Below are positions 1 to 10,568 of a stretch of 64,000 nucleotides of DNA, one piece after another. The stretch is taken from NCBI GenBank assembly GCA_964512925.1, contig CAZEKH010000001.1, positions 136,226 through 200,225 on the forward strand. Reading direction: 5' to 3'. The position numbers were made by a program, and so were the translations under genes. The notes beneath the pieces are model-generated. The model ran no database searches and was not told where the DNA came from. It saw nothing but the letters and a program-made list of their open reading frames with translations. The stretch is from an uncultured Candidatus Saccharibacteria bacterium (lineage in GTDB: Bacteria > Patescibacteriota > Doudnabacteria > UBA920). The number at the start of each line of letters is the position of its first letter. Position 1 is the stretch's first letter.

Positions 1-3000
1 CCGGTTTTTACCGCTGGTATCGGCGCGGAAGGCATCAAAGGCCTTTTGGAACAGATTAATCTGGAAGAATTGTCTATGAGCTTGTCAGTGGCGGTTAAAG
101 AGCTTGAAGGCCAGGCCCAGAGAAAAGCTTTAAAACGTTTGAAATTGGTCAAATCTTTGATCAGCGCCGGTCTTCGTCCGGAATGGATGCTGGTAACAGT
201 CTTGCCGGTTATCCCGCCGGATTTACGCCCAATGGTTCAGTTGGACGGAGGCAGGTTTGCCGCATCTGACTTAAACGATTTGTACCGCCGCGTGATAAAC
301 CGAAACAACCGGTTGAAAAAACTTTTGGAAATAAAAGCCCCGGAAGTCATTACTAGAAACGAAAAAAGGATGTTGCAGGAAGCAGTGGATGCTTTGATAG
401 ACAACTCGGTCAGACACGGTAAAGAAGTTACCGCTTCAACTGGGCAGAAAAGAAAACTTAGAAGTCTGGCTGATATGCTGAAAGGCAAGCAAGGCCGCTT
501 TAGGCAAAATTTGTTGGGTAAGCGCGTGGACTATTCCGGCAGGAGCGTAATCGTGGTTGGTCCGCATTTGAAACTTCACCAGTGCGGTTTGCCGAAGTTT
601 ATGGCTTTGGAATTGTTTAAACCATTTGTTATTTCCAAGCTAATCGCCCGCGAGTACGCGCATAATGTCCGTTCCGCCAACCGCATAATAGAGCAGGGGC
701 GCAATGAGATTTTTGATATCTTGGAAGAAGTGACCAAAAATCATTATGTGCTTTTAAACCGCGCTCCGACTTTGCACAGATTGGGTTTTCAAGCTTTTCA
801 GCCAGTTCTTATAGAAGGCAAGGCAATTCAGCTTCATCCTATGGTTTGCGCGGCTTTTAATGCAGACTTTGACGGTGACCAAATGGCCGTGCACGTGCCT
901 TTGACCGAGCTGGCGCAAAAAGAAGCGCGCGAGATTATGGTTTCAGCTCATAACCTTTTAAAGCCAGCTTCCGGCGATCCGGTGATGACCCCAGACAAAG
1001 ATGTAGTGGTCGGCTGTTACTACATCACCCGTATCAAACCAGGCTGCAAGGGTGAAGGAAAAATTTTCTCCAGCCCCTCAGAAGCTGTGATGGCGTATAA
1101 CAATAAATTTTTAGAGATCCAGGCGAAGATTAAAGTGCGGCTGGAAAGCGGTGAAATGGTGGAGACTTGCGTGGGCCGGCTGATTTTCAACAAAATTTTA
1201 CCCAAAGAACTTGGTTTTAGAAATGAAAATTTTGACAAGAAGAAACTGCAGGGTTTGGTCCGCGAAGTTCATCGGGCGTTTGGCAATGACCGGACAGCCG
1301 AGCTGATTGACGAGATTAAGCGCATCGGCTTTCACTATATGATGCGTTCCGGCCTGTCCTGGGGTATGGATGATTTGCTGGTGCCTGGCGACAAGCAGAA
1401 GGAATTGGCTTCCGCAGATGAAGAGGTTCAGAGCACTTATGACCAATATCGCGAAGGGCTTTTAACCGAAGAGGAAAGAAAAAACCGCGTGGTGGAAATT
1501 TGGGCCGGAGCTTCCGACAAGATTGCGGAAGAAGTAAAAACAACTGTGCCGGAGTTTGGTTCGGTCAACTACTTCGTGTCTTCCGGCGCTAGAGGATCTT
1601 TTTCCCAGATTACCCAGATGTCCGGTATGAAAGGTTTGGTGGTAAACCCGTCCGGAGATGTTATAGAACTTCCGGTAAAGGGAAGTTTTAAAGAAGGACT
1701 TCAGGTTTTGGAATATTTTATTTCTACTCACGGAAGCCGAAAAGGTATGTCTGACACGGCTCTTCGTACCGCGGATGCAGGATATCTAACCAGACGTCTG
1801 GTGGATGTTTCTCAGGATGTGGTGGTGAATGCTGAGGACTGCGGAACTTTGGATTTTGACCTGATCACTCTGGAAGAAAGCAAAAAAATGAACAAGCTTT
1901 TTGACCGCAGGTTGTTTGGTCGGGTTTCCGCTGAGGATGTTAAAGACAGAAACGGAAAAATCATTGTTCAAACCAACCAGGGAATAGATGACCAACAGGC
2001 TAGAGAAATAGTGGAAGCGGGGATCACGGAAGTTAAATGCCGCAGCGTGATAAAATGCAAATTAACCCGCGGTATTTGCAGGCAGTGTTATGGGTTTGAT
2101 CTTGGTTTTAACCAGATGGTCAACTTCGGCGCAGCAGTCGGGATTGTGGCGGCGCAGGCTATCGGTGAGCCTGGCACGCAGCTGACTATGCGTACTTTCC
2201 ACACCGGAGGTTCGGCTTCTGTAAAAGACATCACTCAGGGTCTCCCCCGCGTGGAAGAGCTTTTTGAAGCCAGAGAACCTAAAGGACAGGCCTGGGTTTC
2301 GGAGATTGACGGCACGGTTTATATTTCCAAGATCAGCAATAAAGAATATTCCTTGAGAGTTGAGGGAGCCGGGGTTACTAAAGACGAGTATATGCTGCAC
2401 GGCGCCCAGTCTTCACTGAAAGACGGCAGTCATATTTTGTCCGGGGAAACTCTTTATATCAACAACGAAGGTCAGGCTGTCAAAGCTAAAGCCGACGGAA
2501 TGGTCAGAGTAGATAGCGATAAAATTAAAGTCGTGTATGAAAGCGATGAGGTAAAAGAATATATTGTGCCGGCTTCTTTTTCCTTGCTTGTCAAAGACGG
2601 GGATTTGGTAACTAAGGGTCAGGCTTTAACAGAAGGAAACTTAAGCCCTCACCAAATAATGCTTTTGCGCGGTACTCAGGCAGCCCAGAAATACATCATC
2701 AAAGAAGTTCAGTCTGTTTATGACTCCCAAGGGCAAAACATCCACGACAAGCACATTGAAGTTATCGTCAGACAAATGTTTTCAAAGATGAAAATATCAG
2801 AAGCAGGAGACAGTCAGTTCGTGTCAGGCGAGCTGGTGGACAAGTCCAAGCTCAACGCGCTTAACGAACAGCTTGCGTCAGAAGGCAGAAAGCCTGCGGA
2901 AGCCGAACAGATGCTGATGGGTATAACCAAGGTATCTCTAAATACCGAAAGCTTCTTAGCAGCAGCGTCTTTTCAGGAAACTACCCGCGTGCTTATCGAG

Positions 3001-3153
3001 GCGGCGGTTACCGGCAAGACTGACTACTTAAGAGGATTGAAGGAAAATGTTATCATTGGAAAACTCATTCCGGCCGGAACGGGTTATGACTTCCATGTAG
3101 CTCAGGAAAAGATCCGAGCAGAAGAAGCAGTTTCAGCAGTGGCAGAAGAATAA
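1..3153 (+). CDS. rpoC: RNA polymerase beta' subunit (5' part outside window)
   Basis: Frame open from base 1; NADFDGD catalytic motif, [27 protein letters not shown]. Confidence 0.98.
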   Translation, partial: PVFTAGIGAEGIKGLLEQINLEELSMSLSVAVKELEGQAQRKALKRLKLVKSLISAGLRPEWMLVTVLPVIPPDLRPMVQLDGGRFAASDLNDLYRRVINRNNRLKKLLEIKAPEVITRNEKRMLQEAVDALIDNSVRHGKEVTASTGQKRKLRSLADMLKGKQGRFRQNLLGKRVDYSGRSVIVVGPHLKLHQCGLPKFMALELFKPFVISKLIAREYAHNVRSANRIIEQGRNEIFDILEEVTKNHYVLLNRAPTLHRLGFQAFQPVLIEGKAIQLHPMVCAAFNADFDGDQMAVHVPLTELAQKEAREIMVSAHNLLKPASGDPVMTPDKDVVVGCYYITRIKPGCKGEGKIFSSPSEAVMAYNNKFLEIQAKIKVRLESGEMVETCVGRLIFNKILPKELGFRNENFDKKKLQGLVREVHRAFGNDRTAELIDEIKRIGFHYMMRSGLSWGMDDLLVPGDKQKELASADEEVQSTYDQYREGLLTEEERKNRVVEIWAGASDKIAEEVKTTVPEFGSVNYFVSSGARGSFSQITQMSGMKGLVVNPSGDVIELPVKGSFKEGLQVLEYFISTHGSRKGMSDTALRTADAGYLTRRLVDVSQDVVVNAEDCGTLDFDLITLEESKKMNKLFDRRLFGRVSAEDVKDRNGKIIVQTNQGIDDQQAREIVEAGITEVKCRSVIKCKLTRGICRQCYGFDLGFNQMVNFGAAVGIVAAQAIGEPGTQLTMRTFHTGGSASVKDITQGLPRVEELFEAREPKGQAWVSEIDGTVYISKISNKEYSLRVEGAGVTKDEYMLHGAQSSLKDGSHILSGETLYINNEGQAVKAKADGMVRVDSDKIKVVYESDEVKEYIVPASFSLLVKDGDLVTKGQALTEGNLSPHQIMLLRGTQAAQKYIIKEVQSVYDSQGQNIHDKHIEVIVRQMFSKMKISEAGDSQFVSGELVDKSKLNALNEQLASEGRKPAEAEQMLMGITKVSLNTESFLAAASFQETTRVLIEAAVTGKTDYLRGLKENVIIGKLIPAGTGYDFHVAQEKIRAEEAVSAVAEE

Positions 3154-3162
3154 AACATATTG

Positions 3163-3194
3163 AAAAACGCTCCGATGTCCATCGGAGCGTTTTT
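3163..3194 (+). terminator. Intrinsic terminator of rpoC
   Basis: AAAAACGCTCCGATG-TC-CATCGGAGCGTTTTT perfect hairpin followed by a T tract. Confidence 0.85.
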
Positions 3195-3235
3195 GTTTTG
3201 CTTATAAATAAAAGGGAAAATGAGATATATACATC

Positions 3236-3264
3236 TTGCAAAAGTATTCATTTTATGGTATAAT
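3236..3264 (+). promoter_or_regulatory. Sigma70-type promoter of orphan gene 3321..3752
   Basis: TTGCAA-17bp-TATAAT. Confidence 0.65.
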
Positions 3265-3320
3265 ATATATTAAGTGCCCTTTTAGTCTTGTATAGGAGCC
3301 CAAGATTGGAGGGGTAAAAG

Positions 3321-3752
3321 ATGGCAAAACTTGCCACAGTATTTTTTCTGGCCGCGCTTAGCGTGGCCTTTTGTGAGGAAGGAGGAAGAAGCATTGTTCT
3401 TTCGGACGTCCGCTATGACGCTCCGAAAGAAGGCACCCGCGCGGTCGGGCGCGGGTGGAAGGTTAGTGCCGCGGCTGTGCTTGCCGCGTCTGCCTTTGAC
3501 TGCCAGTCGTCTTGGGGACGGCTGGAATTGAACCCATTGCTAAGGGGTTCAGACGGACGATTTGGCGCAAAGGGGGCCGGCATCAAACTTGGTATCACAG
3601 CGGGATCTTTGTTTTTGGAGTATGCGCTGGCGCGCAAGCTGCCAAAGGCGGAGAAGGTCGGCGTTGTGACCAACGGTTTGATGGCTGGCGTGTTAACATC
3701 AGTCGCGGTATACAATAAGAAACTTGCCGCCCAGGAGCGGGCAGGCAAGTAA
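3321..3752 (+). CDS. Hypothetical secreted/membrane protein (GC-richer orphan cassette)
   Basis: GGAGG RBS, signal-like N-terminus, two hydrophobic segments, own promoter and terminator (about 3779-3812). Confidence 0.7.
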   Translation: MAKLATVFFLAALSVAFCEEGGRSIVLSDVRYDAPKEGTRAVGRGWKVSAAAVLAASAFDCQSSWGRLELNPLLRGSDGRFGAKGAGIKLGITAGSLFLEYALARKLPKAEKVGVVTNGLMAGVLTSVAVYNKKLAAQERAGK

Positions 3753-3967
3753 AACACTAAGCTTCACAAGTTTGCTTGGGCGCTTTCGGAGAAATCCGGA
3801 GCGCCTTTTTTTAAAATGAGGTTATAGCAGTTATGAGAAAAATGCAAGTAAAAAAATCCCTGCCCACAGGCAGGCCCGCTGGAGGTTGCCCTCATAACCT
3901 GCCTCGTTTGACTTACGAGTCATGGCGGGAAATTGGGGCAGGGATGACAGAATACAAAAATAGCAAA

Positions 3968-4009
3968 AACAGGGGCACCCTCTAGCCTTGCTGAGAGGGT
4001 GCCCCTGTT
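3968..4009 (-). terminator. Hairpin downstream of valS
   Basis: AACAGGGGCACCCTCT...AGAGGGTGCCCCTGTT stem, T tract on the minus strand. Confidence 0.65.
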
Positions 4010-4018
4010 AACTGGTTA

Positions 4019-6280
4019 TTATTTTGGCCATTTGGATACCATCAGGAGTCCGCCTTTGTCTAGGAGCTTGTGTTCGTTTAAGATTTGCCAGATGTGTTCG
4101 GTAACAAAAGGCATAAAGGGGTGGAGGAGTCTGAGAATAGTATCGAGTATATAGTATAAAGTATTTAGCGTGTTGAGTTTTAATGCTTCGTCGGCCAGTT
4201 GAATTTTACTGGCTTCAATATAGACGTCTGCAAATTCGTGCCAGACAAAGTGATAGATTTCTTGTGCAGCTTCGTGCAGACGGAAGTTCTCCAGGTGTTC
4301 GGTGGAAGATTTAATAAGATTTTCTAATTTGGAGAGGATGTCTTTGTCGGCATCGGTGATTGGCTGCACCCCCTCCCTTAATCCCTCCCCCATCTGATGG
4401 GAGAGGGAAATGGGCGAGGGAGTGTTCTCCTCAGCAGGGGAGGGTAAAGAGGTGAGAATGAAGCGAGCAATATTCCAAAGCTTGTTGGCAAAATGCTTCA
4501 TACCTTTGATTTTGTCTTCAGCAAGTGGAATGTCGTTGCCGGCGGCTGAGGAAAATATTAAAGCAAATCTTAAGGCATCGGTCCCATAGGTATCTATAAC
4601 AGCCAAAGGGTCTATGACATTGCCTTTGGACTTGGACATTTTTTGTCTGTCTTTGTCGCGTACTAGTCCGTGAAGGTAGACTTTTTGAAAAGGAGCTTTG
4701 TTGGTGCGGTAGTAGGAAAGCATAACCATCCTGGCTACCCAAAAGAAAAGTATGTCCCAACCAGTTTCCATAACTTGGGTTGGAAAGAAACTTTTAAAAT
4801 CCAACCTCTCCCCATCCCTCCCCTCAGAAGGGGAGGGGGAAGTAGAAGATTTGCGCTTTTGGTCATTTGCCATAAGTGTGGCAAAAGGCCACTGGCCGCT
4901 AGAAAACCAAGTGTCAAAAGTATCTGGGTCTTGAACTAAAACTTTAGAGTTACATTTTGGGCAAATTGTCTCGGTGTTATTTGTGTCAATTATAAATTCG
5001 GGGCAATTTTGGCAATATTTTGCCGGGATGGATATTCCCCACCAAATCTGTCTTGAGATTGGCCAGTCACGGATGTTTTCCATCCAGTGGCGGAAGATTT
5101 TTTCAAATTTTTCTGTGACAATTTCTACTTCTTTTTTATCCAGTGCTTGTATAGCCATATCGCGCAAACTCGGTCTCCCATCTTTGAGCGGTTTGGTCAT
5201 AGCTATATACCACTGCTGAACAATCTGGGGTTCGATGATTCTGCTGCACTTGTAGCAAGTTTGGACATTGTGTTTATAGTTTTCGTCTATTTTTTCCAAA
5301 AGCCCTTTTTCTTTGAGTTTTTCTACTATTTTTGGTCTGGCTTCTTCAGTGCGCATCCCAGCAAATTCTCCGGCGATAGGTAGAAGCTTGCCGCGAAGAT
5401 CTATAATCTGTTCAAAGTCCAAGTTATGACGTTTAGCAATGTCAAAGTCAACAGCATCGTGCCAGGGGGTGATGGTCATAACTCCACTGCCAAACTCCAT
5501 ATCCACTGCCTTGTCTTTTATGATTGTTGCCGTAATTTTGCCATTGATCCACTCCACATTTTCCAGTTTTTGTCCGTGCTTATACTGCTCGTATCTTTTG
5601 TCGTCCGGATGCATAACTACGTACTTGTCGCCGAACTTAGTTTCAGGACGCGAGGTGCCTATGGTAAAAGGTCCGTATTTAAAATAGTAAAAAGGCTCTG
5701 TGCGTTCTTCGTATTTGGTTTCAAGATCTGCAAGTCCAGTTTGGTGTTTGCTGCACCAGTTGCAAATCCGGCCATCGCGGTAGACAAGGCCGTCTTCGTG
5801 CATTTTTTTAAAAGTGTCGTAAACAACTTTGACTATTTCTGGGTCCAAGGTAAAAATATTTCTACTCCAGTCACAGGAAGCCCCCAGACGTTTTAAGCTG
5901 TTTTCTGTTATGTGTTTGTTGCCCTGTACAAAGTCCCAAATTTCTTTGTAAAAGTCTTCGCGCTGCATCCCAAAACGGCTGCGACCTTCTTTTTCCAGCT
6001 TTTTTTCGTATACCACTTGGGTTTCAAAACCCGCGTGGTCAGTGCCAGGCTGCCACAGGGTTTTAAACCCTTGCATCCTTTTGTAGCGTATTAAAATGTC
6101 TTCAATTGTTACAAATAAAGCGTGCCCTACATGCATAGGCGCATTGGCATTTGGCGGGGGCATTATAATTGTGTAAGGCTCGCCCGTTAGGTTGTCCGGG
6201 TTAAAGTACCCAGAGTCTTCCCACATTTTGTAAATTTTGTCCTCTACTTCGTTTGCGTTGTAAGATTTTTGTAATTCCAT
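4019..6280 (-). CDS. valS: Valine--tRNA ligase (short form without C-terminal coiled coil; carries in-frame repeat insertions)
   Basis: PPPN..HVGH (HIGH), KMSKS, DWPISRQIWWG, DTFDTWFSS; start placed at MELQKSYN. Confidence 0.95.
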   Translation of the reverse strand: MELQKSYNANEVEDKIYKMWEDSGYFNPDNLTGEPYTIIMPPPNANAPMHVGHALFVTIEDILIRYKRMQGFKTLWQPGTDHAGFETQVVYEKKLEKEGRSRFGMQREDFYKEIWDFVQGNKHITENSLKRLGASCDWSRNIFTLDPEIVKVVYDTFKKMHEDGLVYRDGRICNWCSKHQTGLADLETKYEERTEPFYYFKYGPFTIGTSRPETKFGDKYVVMHPDDKRYEQYKHGQKLENVEWINGKITATIIKDKAVDMEFGSGVMTITPWHDAVDFDIAKRHNLDFEQIIDLRGKLLPIAGEFAGMRTEEARPKIVEKLKEKGLLEKIDENYKHNVQTCYKCSRIIEPQIVQQWYIAMTKPLKDGRPSLRDMAIQALDKKEVEIVTEKFEKIFRHWMENIRDWPISRQIWWGISIPAKYCQNCPEFIIDTNNTETICPKCNSKVLVQDPDTFDTWFSSGQWPFATLMANDQKRKSSTSPSPSEGRDGERLDFKSFFPTQVMETGWDILFFWVARMVMLSYYRTNKAPFQKVYLHGLVRDKDRQKMSKSKGNVIDPLAVIDTYGTDALRFALIFSSAAGNDIPLAEDKIKGMKHFANKLWNIARFILTSLPSPAEENTPSPISLSHQMGEGLREGVQPITDADKDILSKLENLIKSSTEHLENFRLHEAAQEIYHFVWHEFADVYIEASKIQLADEALKLNTLNTLYYILDTILRLLHPFMPFVTEHIWQILNEHKLLDKGGLLMVSKWPK

Positions 6281-6341
6281 ATGCGATCCTAATTTACGAA
6301 TTACACTCGAATGATCCGAATGTAGTTTGAATAATAAATTA

Positions 6342-6752
6342 TTAAAGATAGCCAAGTTGTTTAAAAAGTTTTCTTGAGGGCGGAACTATATCCATATCTT
6401 TTAAATTTTCAATTTTTACCCATTCAATTTTTTCTACTCCCTCGGGTTTTTGCGGCTGGCCTGAAACATAGGAGCAAAGAAAGTTAAAATATTTATATTT
6501 TGTTTGAACTCCATTTATATCTGGTTTTTCTTCTTCGCTTATACCAATATCTTGATCAGCTTTTATTTTTATACCAAGTTGTTGCAGGATTGCTTTTTCC
6601 GCAAATTCTTTTAAATTTATGTCTTGTTCAGTAAATTCAGCTCCGAACAAATACCAAGTTTCTTTGTAAGGCAGACTGCCTTGCGGCTTTTTACGCATTA
6701 GTACTTTTCCTTGGTTTTCAATGACACATATAGCTAGGCTTTTTGTTTGCAT
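6342..6752 (-). CDS. NUDIX-fold protein with degenerate Nudix box
   Basis: KVLMRKK..PYKETWYLFG, IEWV and DIVPPSRKLF pattern typical of Nudix folds. Confidence 0.6.
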   Translation of the reverse strand: MQTKSLAICVIENQGKVLMRKKPQGSLPYKETWYLFGAEFTEQDINLKEFAEKAILQQLGIKIKADQDIGISEEEKPDINGVQTKYKYFNFLCSYVSGQPQKPEGVEKIEWVKIENLKDMDIVPPSRKLFKQLGYL

Positions 6753-6827
6753 TGTTTATTTGGATTCCCGCTACCGGCCTTGTCTTGATTGCCAAGTCGA
6801 GACAGGTCGCGGGAATGACAATATAAA

Positions 6828-7035
6828 AAAATAAAAAACACCTAAAATAGGTGTTTGAGAGCCCTCGCGGGCGGTACCATCTCAAAGTTGTCCCCCAAAA
6901 GCTGAAGCATTTAGGCGGATCCCGCTTTGCGGGACTTAATTTACTACTTTAACGGGCAGTCTCCGGCCAGGTCTAGTTTTTCCAAAGTGGAAATTTCTTC
7001 TGGCACCATCCCGATGACGGTCAGGATATAGGCTT
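6828..7035 (-). promoter_or_regulatory. T-box riboswitch (Val, specifier GUC) upstream of the NUDIX-valS operon
   Basis: Minus strand: short stem ATCCTGA-CCGTCA-TCGGGAT, stem II GCCAG..CTGGC, CCGTTA, antiterminator GAGATGGTACCGCCCGCGAGGGCTCTC, terminator AAACACCTATTTTAGGTGTTTTTT. Confidence 0.75.
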
Positions 7036-7041
7036 TTTTAT

Positions 7042-7070
7042 AGTATAGAGTATTTGGTATTTTGTATCAA
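7042..7070 (-). promoter_or_regulatory. Sigma70 promoter of the T-box leader
   Basis: TTGATA-17bp-TATACT on the minus strand just upstream of stem I. Confidence 0.65.
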
Positions 7071-7119
7071 GCGGATAGCAAATTAAAATTATAGATAAAA
7101 TTAAAAAAGGAGAGCGCGT

Positions 7120-7308
7120 TTATTGCGCGCTCTCTGGTGTGTCGATGAAGATTTGCGGGCGAGAATCCTGCTTGGTTCCTAAAGGTCTCCATCTCCAGGA
7201 TTTACCGGCAATAACAATCCCATTCCAGGGATTGTTATTTTTCCAGGCGGCCATAAACTCTCCGGTCGCCTTTGTAAAATCTTCTGCGGATAAGTAAGTC
7301 CACTGCAT
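7120..7308 (-). CDS. Small hypothetical protein (62 aa)
   Basis: GGAGGAGGA RBS before MQWTYLSAEDF. Confidence 0.45.
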   Translation of the reverse strand: MQWTYLSAEDFTKATGEFMAAWKNNNPWNGIVIAGKSWRWRPLGTKQDSRPQIFIDTPESAQ

Positions 7309-7490
7309 ATGATTCCTCCTCCAGGTTTTGCGCCCTGGAATTTGCGGTTGGCAAGTTTCAAGGTACAAAAAACCCCGCCCTTTAGGAAGGGCGGGGTGGG
7401 AAATGAAAATATCAATGCCCAAAACACCGCCCTAAAGTAGAGCAGGAGGTAGAGGATGAGACCAAGAAATGTAATGAGGATTTGATCATA

Positions 7491-7805
7491 TTAAAATTCA
7501 TAAGGAATACCAAGTTTGAGCGAAGCTTTTTGTATCCAGTTTTCCATTTTTTGAACTCTGCGGACAAGAAAAACCATTTCTTGATGATAATCTTTTATAA
7601 GCTTTGCCAAATTATCAATTTGTGTTTGCACCTGTAGAATATCGGTTTTATCAGCTTTTTGAGATAAAAGAGTTTGAAATTTTGTATCAAGATTGTGTAT
7701 GTCAGTTTTGAGCGCTACTTTATAGTTTAAAAAATCAATAATAAAATCCACTTTTTCTTCAAGATTTGTTGGTTTTTTAACGGATTTTTTATTATTATTT
7801 TTCAT
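7491..7805 (-). CDS. Coiled-coil hypothetical protein
   Basis: Heptad pattern (KADKTDI..QIDNLAK). Confidence 0.65.
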   Translation of the reverse strand: MKNNNKKSVKKPTNLEEKVDFIIDFLNYKVALKTDIHNLDTKFQTLLSQKADKTDILQVQTQIDNLAKLIKDYHQEMVFLVRRVQKMENWIQKASLKLGIPYEF

Positions 7806-7907
7806 TTGTCGCTTTAGTTGCCTGCATATTTTTAGATATTTATATTATATACCAGTGTTTTAAACTTTTCAAATAGTAGTTTTTTATGAGCAATTATGAT
7901 CGTTGTT

Positions 7908-8003
7908 GCCTCACCCCCCAGTACTATTTAGTACGGGGCAAGCCAGCCCCCAGCCCGAACGCCGCAAGCGGGCAGGTCTCCGATGTCGGAGAGGGGGTAG
8001 GGT
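7908..8003. repeat. Composite CCTCACCCC..CTCC/GGAGAGGG palindromic element with nested inserts
   Basis: Closely resembles the copy at about 49117-49209. Confidence 0.8.
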
Positions 8004-8004
8004 G

Positions 8005-9105
8005 TTAAATTTGCAAATTGCTGTCCGCTGAAAGTTTTTTGTAGGAGATGGGTTTAAACCCGCCTGCTAGTTTAACCGCTGCGGCAATACCGATCATCTC
8101 TGCGTTGTCGCCGGTTAAGTGTAGGGGAGCGGGGAAGAATTTTAGTCCATTATTTTTAGACATTATCTCCAGTCTCTGCCTAAGCGCGCGGTTAGCGGCA
8201 ACTCCGCCTGACAGCGAGATGGATTTAGCGCCAAACTCTTTGGCTGCGCGCAGGGTTTTTTGGGTGAGAACATCTACAACCGCTTCCTGGAAGGAAGCGC
8301 AAATGTCAGAGGTAGCGTTTAGTGGGTAGCGTTTAGTGGGTAGGGACTGCAGGTGATAGAGGACAGCTGTTTTAAGACCGGAGAAGGAAAAGTTGTAGTT
8401 TTTGTGGGTGAGCATCGGGCGCGGGAAATTTATTGCCTTAGGGTCGCCTTTTTCAGCTAACTTGGAAACTTCCGGTCCGCCCGGGTAGGGAAGTTTGAAC
8501 ATCTTTGCCACTTTGTCAAAACATTCGCCCGCCGCGTCGTCCACGGTTTCGCCGATCACTTTATAGTTATGTAAATCTTTCATCAAAACCAGCATAGTGT
8601 GGCCGCCGGAAACTATGAGAGCAATGGATGGAAACACCCCCTCCCTTAATCCCTCCCCCGTTTTGCGGGAGAGGGAAGTGGAGAATGGTGAATATAGGTG
8701 GCCAAGCATATGGTTAATCGGGATCAGCGGTTTTTTTGTTGCCAGAGAAAGGGCTTTGGCAAACTCTACCCCTACGGCCAAAGAGACTATGAGCCCTGGG
8801 CCTTGGGTGGGGGCAATATAATCCAAATTTTCAATTTTTAATTTTGCAATTTTCAATGCCGACTCTACAACCGGGCGGATATATCTGATGTGAGCGCGGG
8901 CTGCGGCTTCCGGTACTACCCCGCCCATTTTGGAGTGGATTTTAATTTGGGATTTTACGACCGCAGACAGGATTTTTATTTCTGGCAATTTTTTATTAGT
9001 CCCCCTCTGCTGGTGAGGAGAGGGGTTAGGGGAGAGGTTACAGCTTAAAACCGCAGCAGCAGTTTCGTCGCAGGAAGTTTCAATGGCAAGAATTTTTTGC
9101 ATCAT
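8005..9105 (-). CDS. tsaD: tRNA N6-threonylcarbamoyladenosine synthesis protein TsaD
   Basis: ILAIETSCDET, GGVVPE.AAR.H, INHMLGH, VSGGHT, DDAAGE.FDK, FSFSGLKT, DNAEMI. Confidence 0.96.
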   Translation of the reverse strand: MMQKILAIETSCDETAAAVLSCNLSPNPSPHQQRGTNKKLPEIKILSAVVKSQIKIHSKMGGVVPEAAARAHIRYIRPVVESALKIAKLKIENLDYIAPTQGPGLIVSLAVGVEFAKALSLATKKPLIPINHMLGHLYSPFSTSLSRKTGEGLREGVFPSIALIVSGGHTMLVLMKDLHNYKVIGETVDDAAGECFDKVAKMFKLPYPGGPEVSKLAEKGDPKAINFPRPMLTHKNYNFSFSGLKTAVLYHLQSLPTKRYPLNATSDICASFQEAVVDVLTQKTLRAAKEFGAKSISLSGGVAANRALRQRLEIMSKNNGLKFFPAPLHLTGDNAEMIGIAAAVKLAGGFKPISYKKLSADSNLQI

Positions 9106-9178
9106 ATATAGAATATTGCTGTATTATATACGAACTGAAAGTGAAATAAAAGTTGGTTAAAAGTGTATAATAGAAGAT

Positions 9179-9733
9179 ATGACTGACCAAGCTGATGAAG
9201 CACTGGCAAAATTGGCGCAAAATGGCGATTCTGGGGCTTTTTCCCAGCTGGTTTTGAGATATGAGCAAAAAATTCTCAGGTACGCCAGAAAATTTTTGTT
9301 TGGTTATCAGGAAGCCGAGGATTTGGCGCAGGAAGTTTTTTTGAAAGCGTTTGTGAATTTGCGAAGTTTTGATACAGACAGAAGATTTTCCCCCTGGATC
9401 TACCGGATTGCCCACAACGAGTTTATAAACGCAATCAAGAAAAAAGGCAAAGAGCCGCTGCCGTTTTTTGACGCTGATGCGATTTTTCCCCACCCGTTGT
9501 CCAAGGAAGATCCGGCCAAAGATACGGACATTGCCCAGACTAAAATAATGCTGGATAAATGTTTGTCCAAGCTTGATCCGAAATACCGCGAGCCTTTGGT
9601 CTTGTTCTTCTTTGAAGATATGGATTACAAACAGATTGCGGACATCTTGCGTATTCCGATGTCCACGGCCGGAGTGAGGATCAAACGGGGTAAAGAGAGG
9701 CTCAAGGAAATTTTTTCAAATATAAAGGGATAA
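9179..9733 (+). CDS. ECF RNA polymerase sigma factor
   Basis: AEDLAQEVFLKAF..L.SFD..R.FSPWIYRIAHN (region 2) and a region 4 HTH. Confidence 0.92.
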   Translation: MTDQADEALAKLAQNGDSGAFSQLVLRYEQKILRYARKFLFGYQEAEDLAQEVFLKAFVNLRSFDTDRRFSPWIYRIAHNEFINAIKKKGKEPLPFFDADAIFPHPLSKEDPAKDTDIAQTKIMLDKCLSKLDPKYREPLVLFFFEDMDYKQIADILRIPMSTAGVRIKRGKERLKEIFSNIKG

Positions 9734-9737
9734 ATAT

Positions 9738-10502
9738 ATGGAAAATTTAGATGATACACCAATTCATAGCAAAGTGCAAAAAGCCATTCAGAGTGGAGAT
9801 GTTAAAATGCGCCCCAGATGGGTGTTTGGACTAAAAACTTTTTCTGCTGTTTTGGGTTTTGTTTTGCTGATTTTGTCTTTGTGGTATATTGGCAGTCTGA
9901 TTGTGTTTCTGCTCAGCGCGAACGGGCTGTGGGCAGCCCCGGGTTTTGGCTTTAGAGGGTTGGTTGCTTTTTTATGGTCAGTGCCCTGGGTTTTGTTGGT
10001 TTTATCGCTTATGTTTTTGTTTGTGGTAGGCCTCTTGGTTAGCCATTTTTCTTTTGCCTATGGCAGGCCTTTGATTTTTACCGCTTTCGGCATAATAGTA
10101 GTTAGCGTTGCCGGGACTGTTATTGTATATCTAACCCCTTTGCATCAGAATTTGTTTTTACAGGCCAGGATGCACAAATTGCCGTTTGGGGAAAATCTAT
10201 ACCAAGGTTATGGGTTTTCCAGGTCTGAAAAATTGGCAGCGGGCGAAGTGATGCAGATTGTGCCTGAGGGTTATGTGCTGGAAACCCCGCAGGAAGAAAT
10301 ATTATATGTATTAGTGGCTCCGGACACGGATTTTTCTTATGGTAGGGATATAGATTTGGGGGATAGGATTTTAGTTATAGGCGTCAGGCGTAAAAATACC
10401 ATAGATGCCAGAGCTGTCAGGGAGCTTAAGAGTCAGGAATTTTTAAGGCCCAGAGGTGCCTATGAGGGTAAATTTAAAATGCTTCAGCTGCCGGTGAAAT
10501 AA
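9738..10502 (+). CDS. Membrane protein co-transcribed with the ECF sigma (possible anti-sigma)
   Basis: Three to four TM segments and a C-terminal OB-like domain; starts 4 bp after the sigma gene. Confidence 0.7.
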   Translation: MENLDDTPIHSKVQKAIQSGDVKMRPRWVFGLKTFSAVLGFVLLILSLWYIGSLIVFLLSANGLWAAPGFGFRGLVAFLWSVPWVLLVLSLMFLFVVGLLVSHFSFAYGRPLIFTAFGIIVVSVAGTVIVYLTPLHQNLFLQARMHKLPFGENLYQGYGFSRSEKLAAGEVMQIVPEGYVLETPQEEILYVLVAPDTDFSYGRDIDLGDRILVIGVRRKNTIDARAVRELKSQEFLRPRGAYEGKFKMLQLPVK

Positions 10503-10568
10503 TATTTTTGTCCCAAGTGTAGTATGAGGCGGATATCCAAAATAATTAACCATTAAAATAAAATAGTT

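Noticed and set aside
4367-4447. In-frame inserts as inteins or self-splicing introns
   Set aside because: Far too short, with no splicing motifs; they match the intergenic palindromes.
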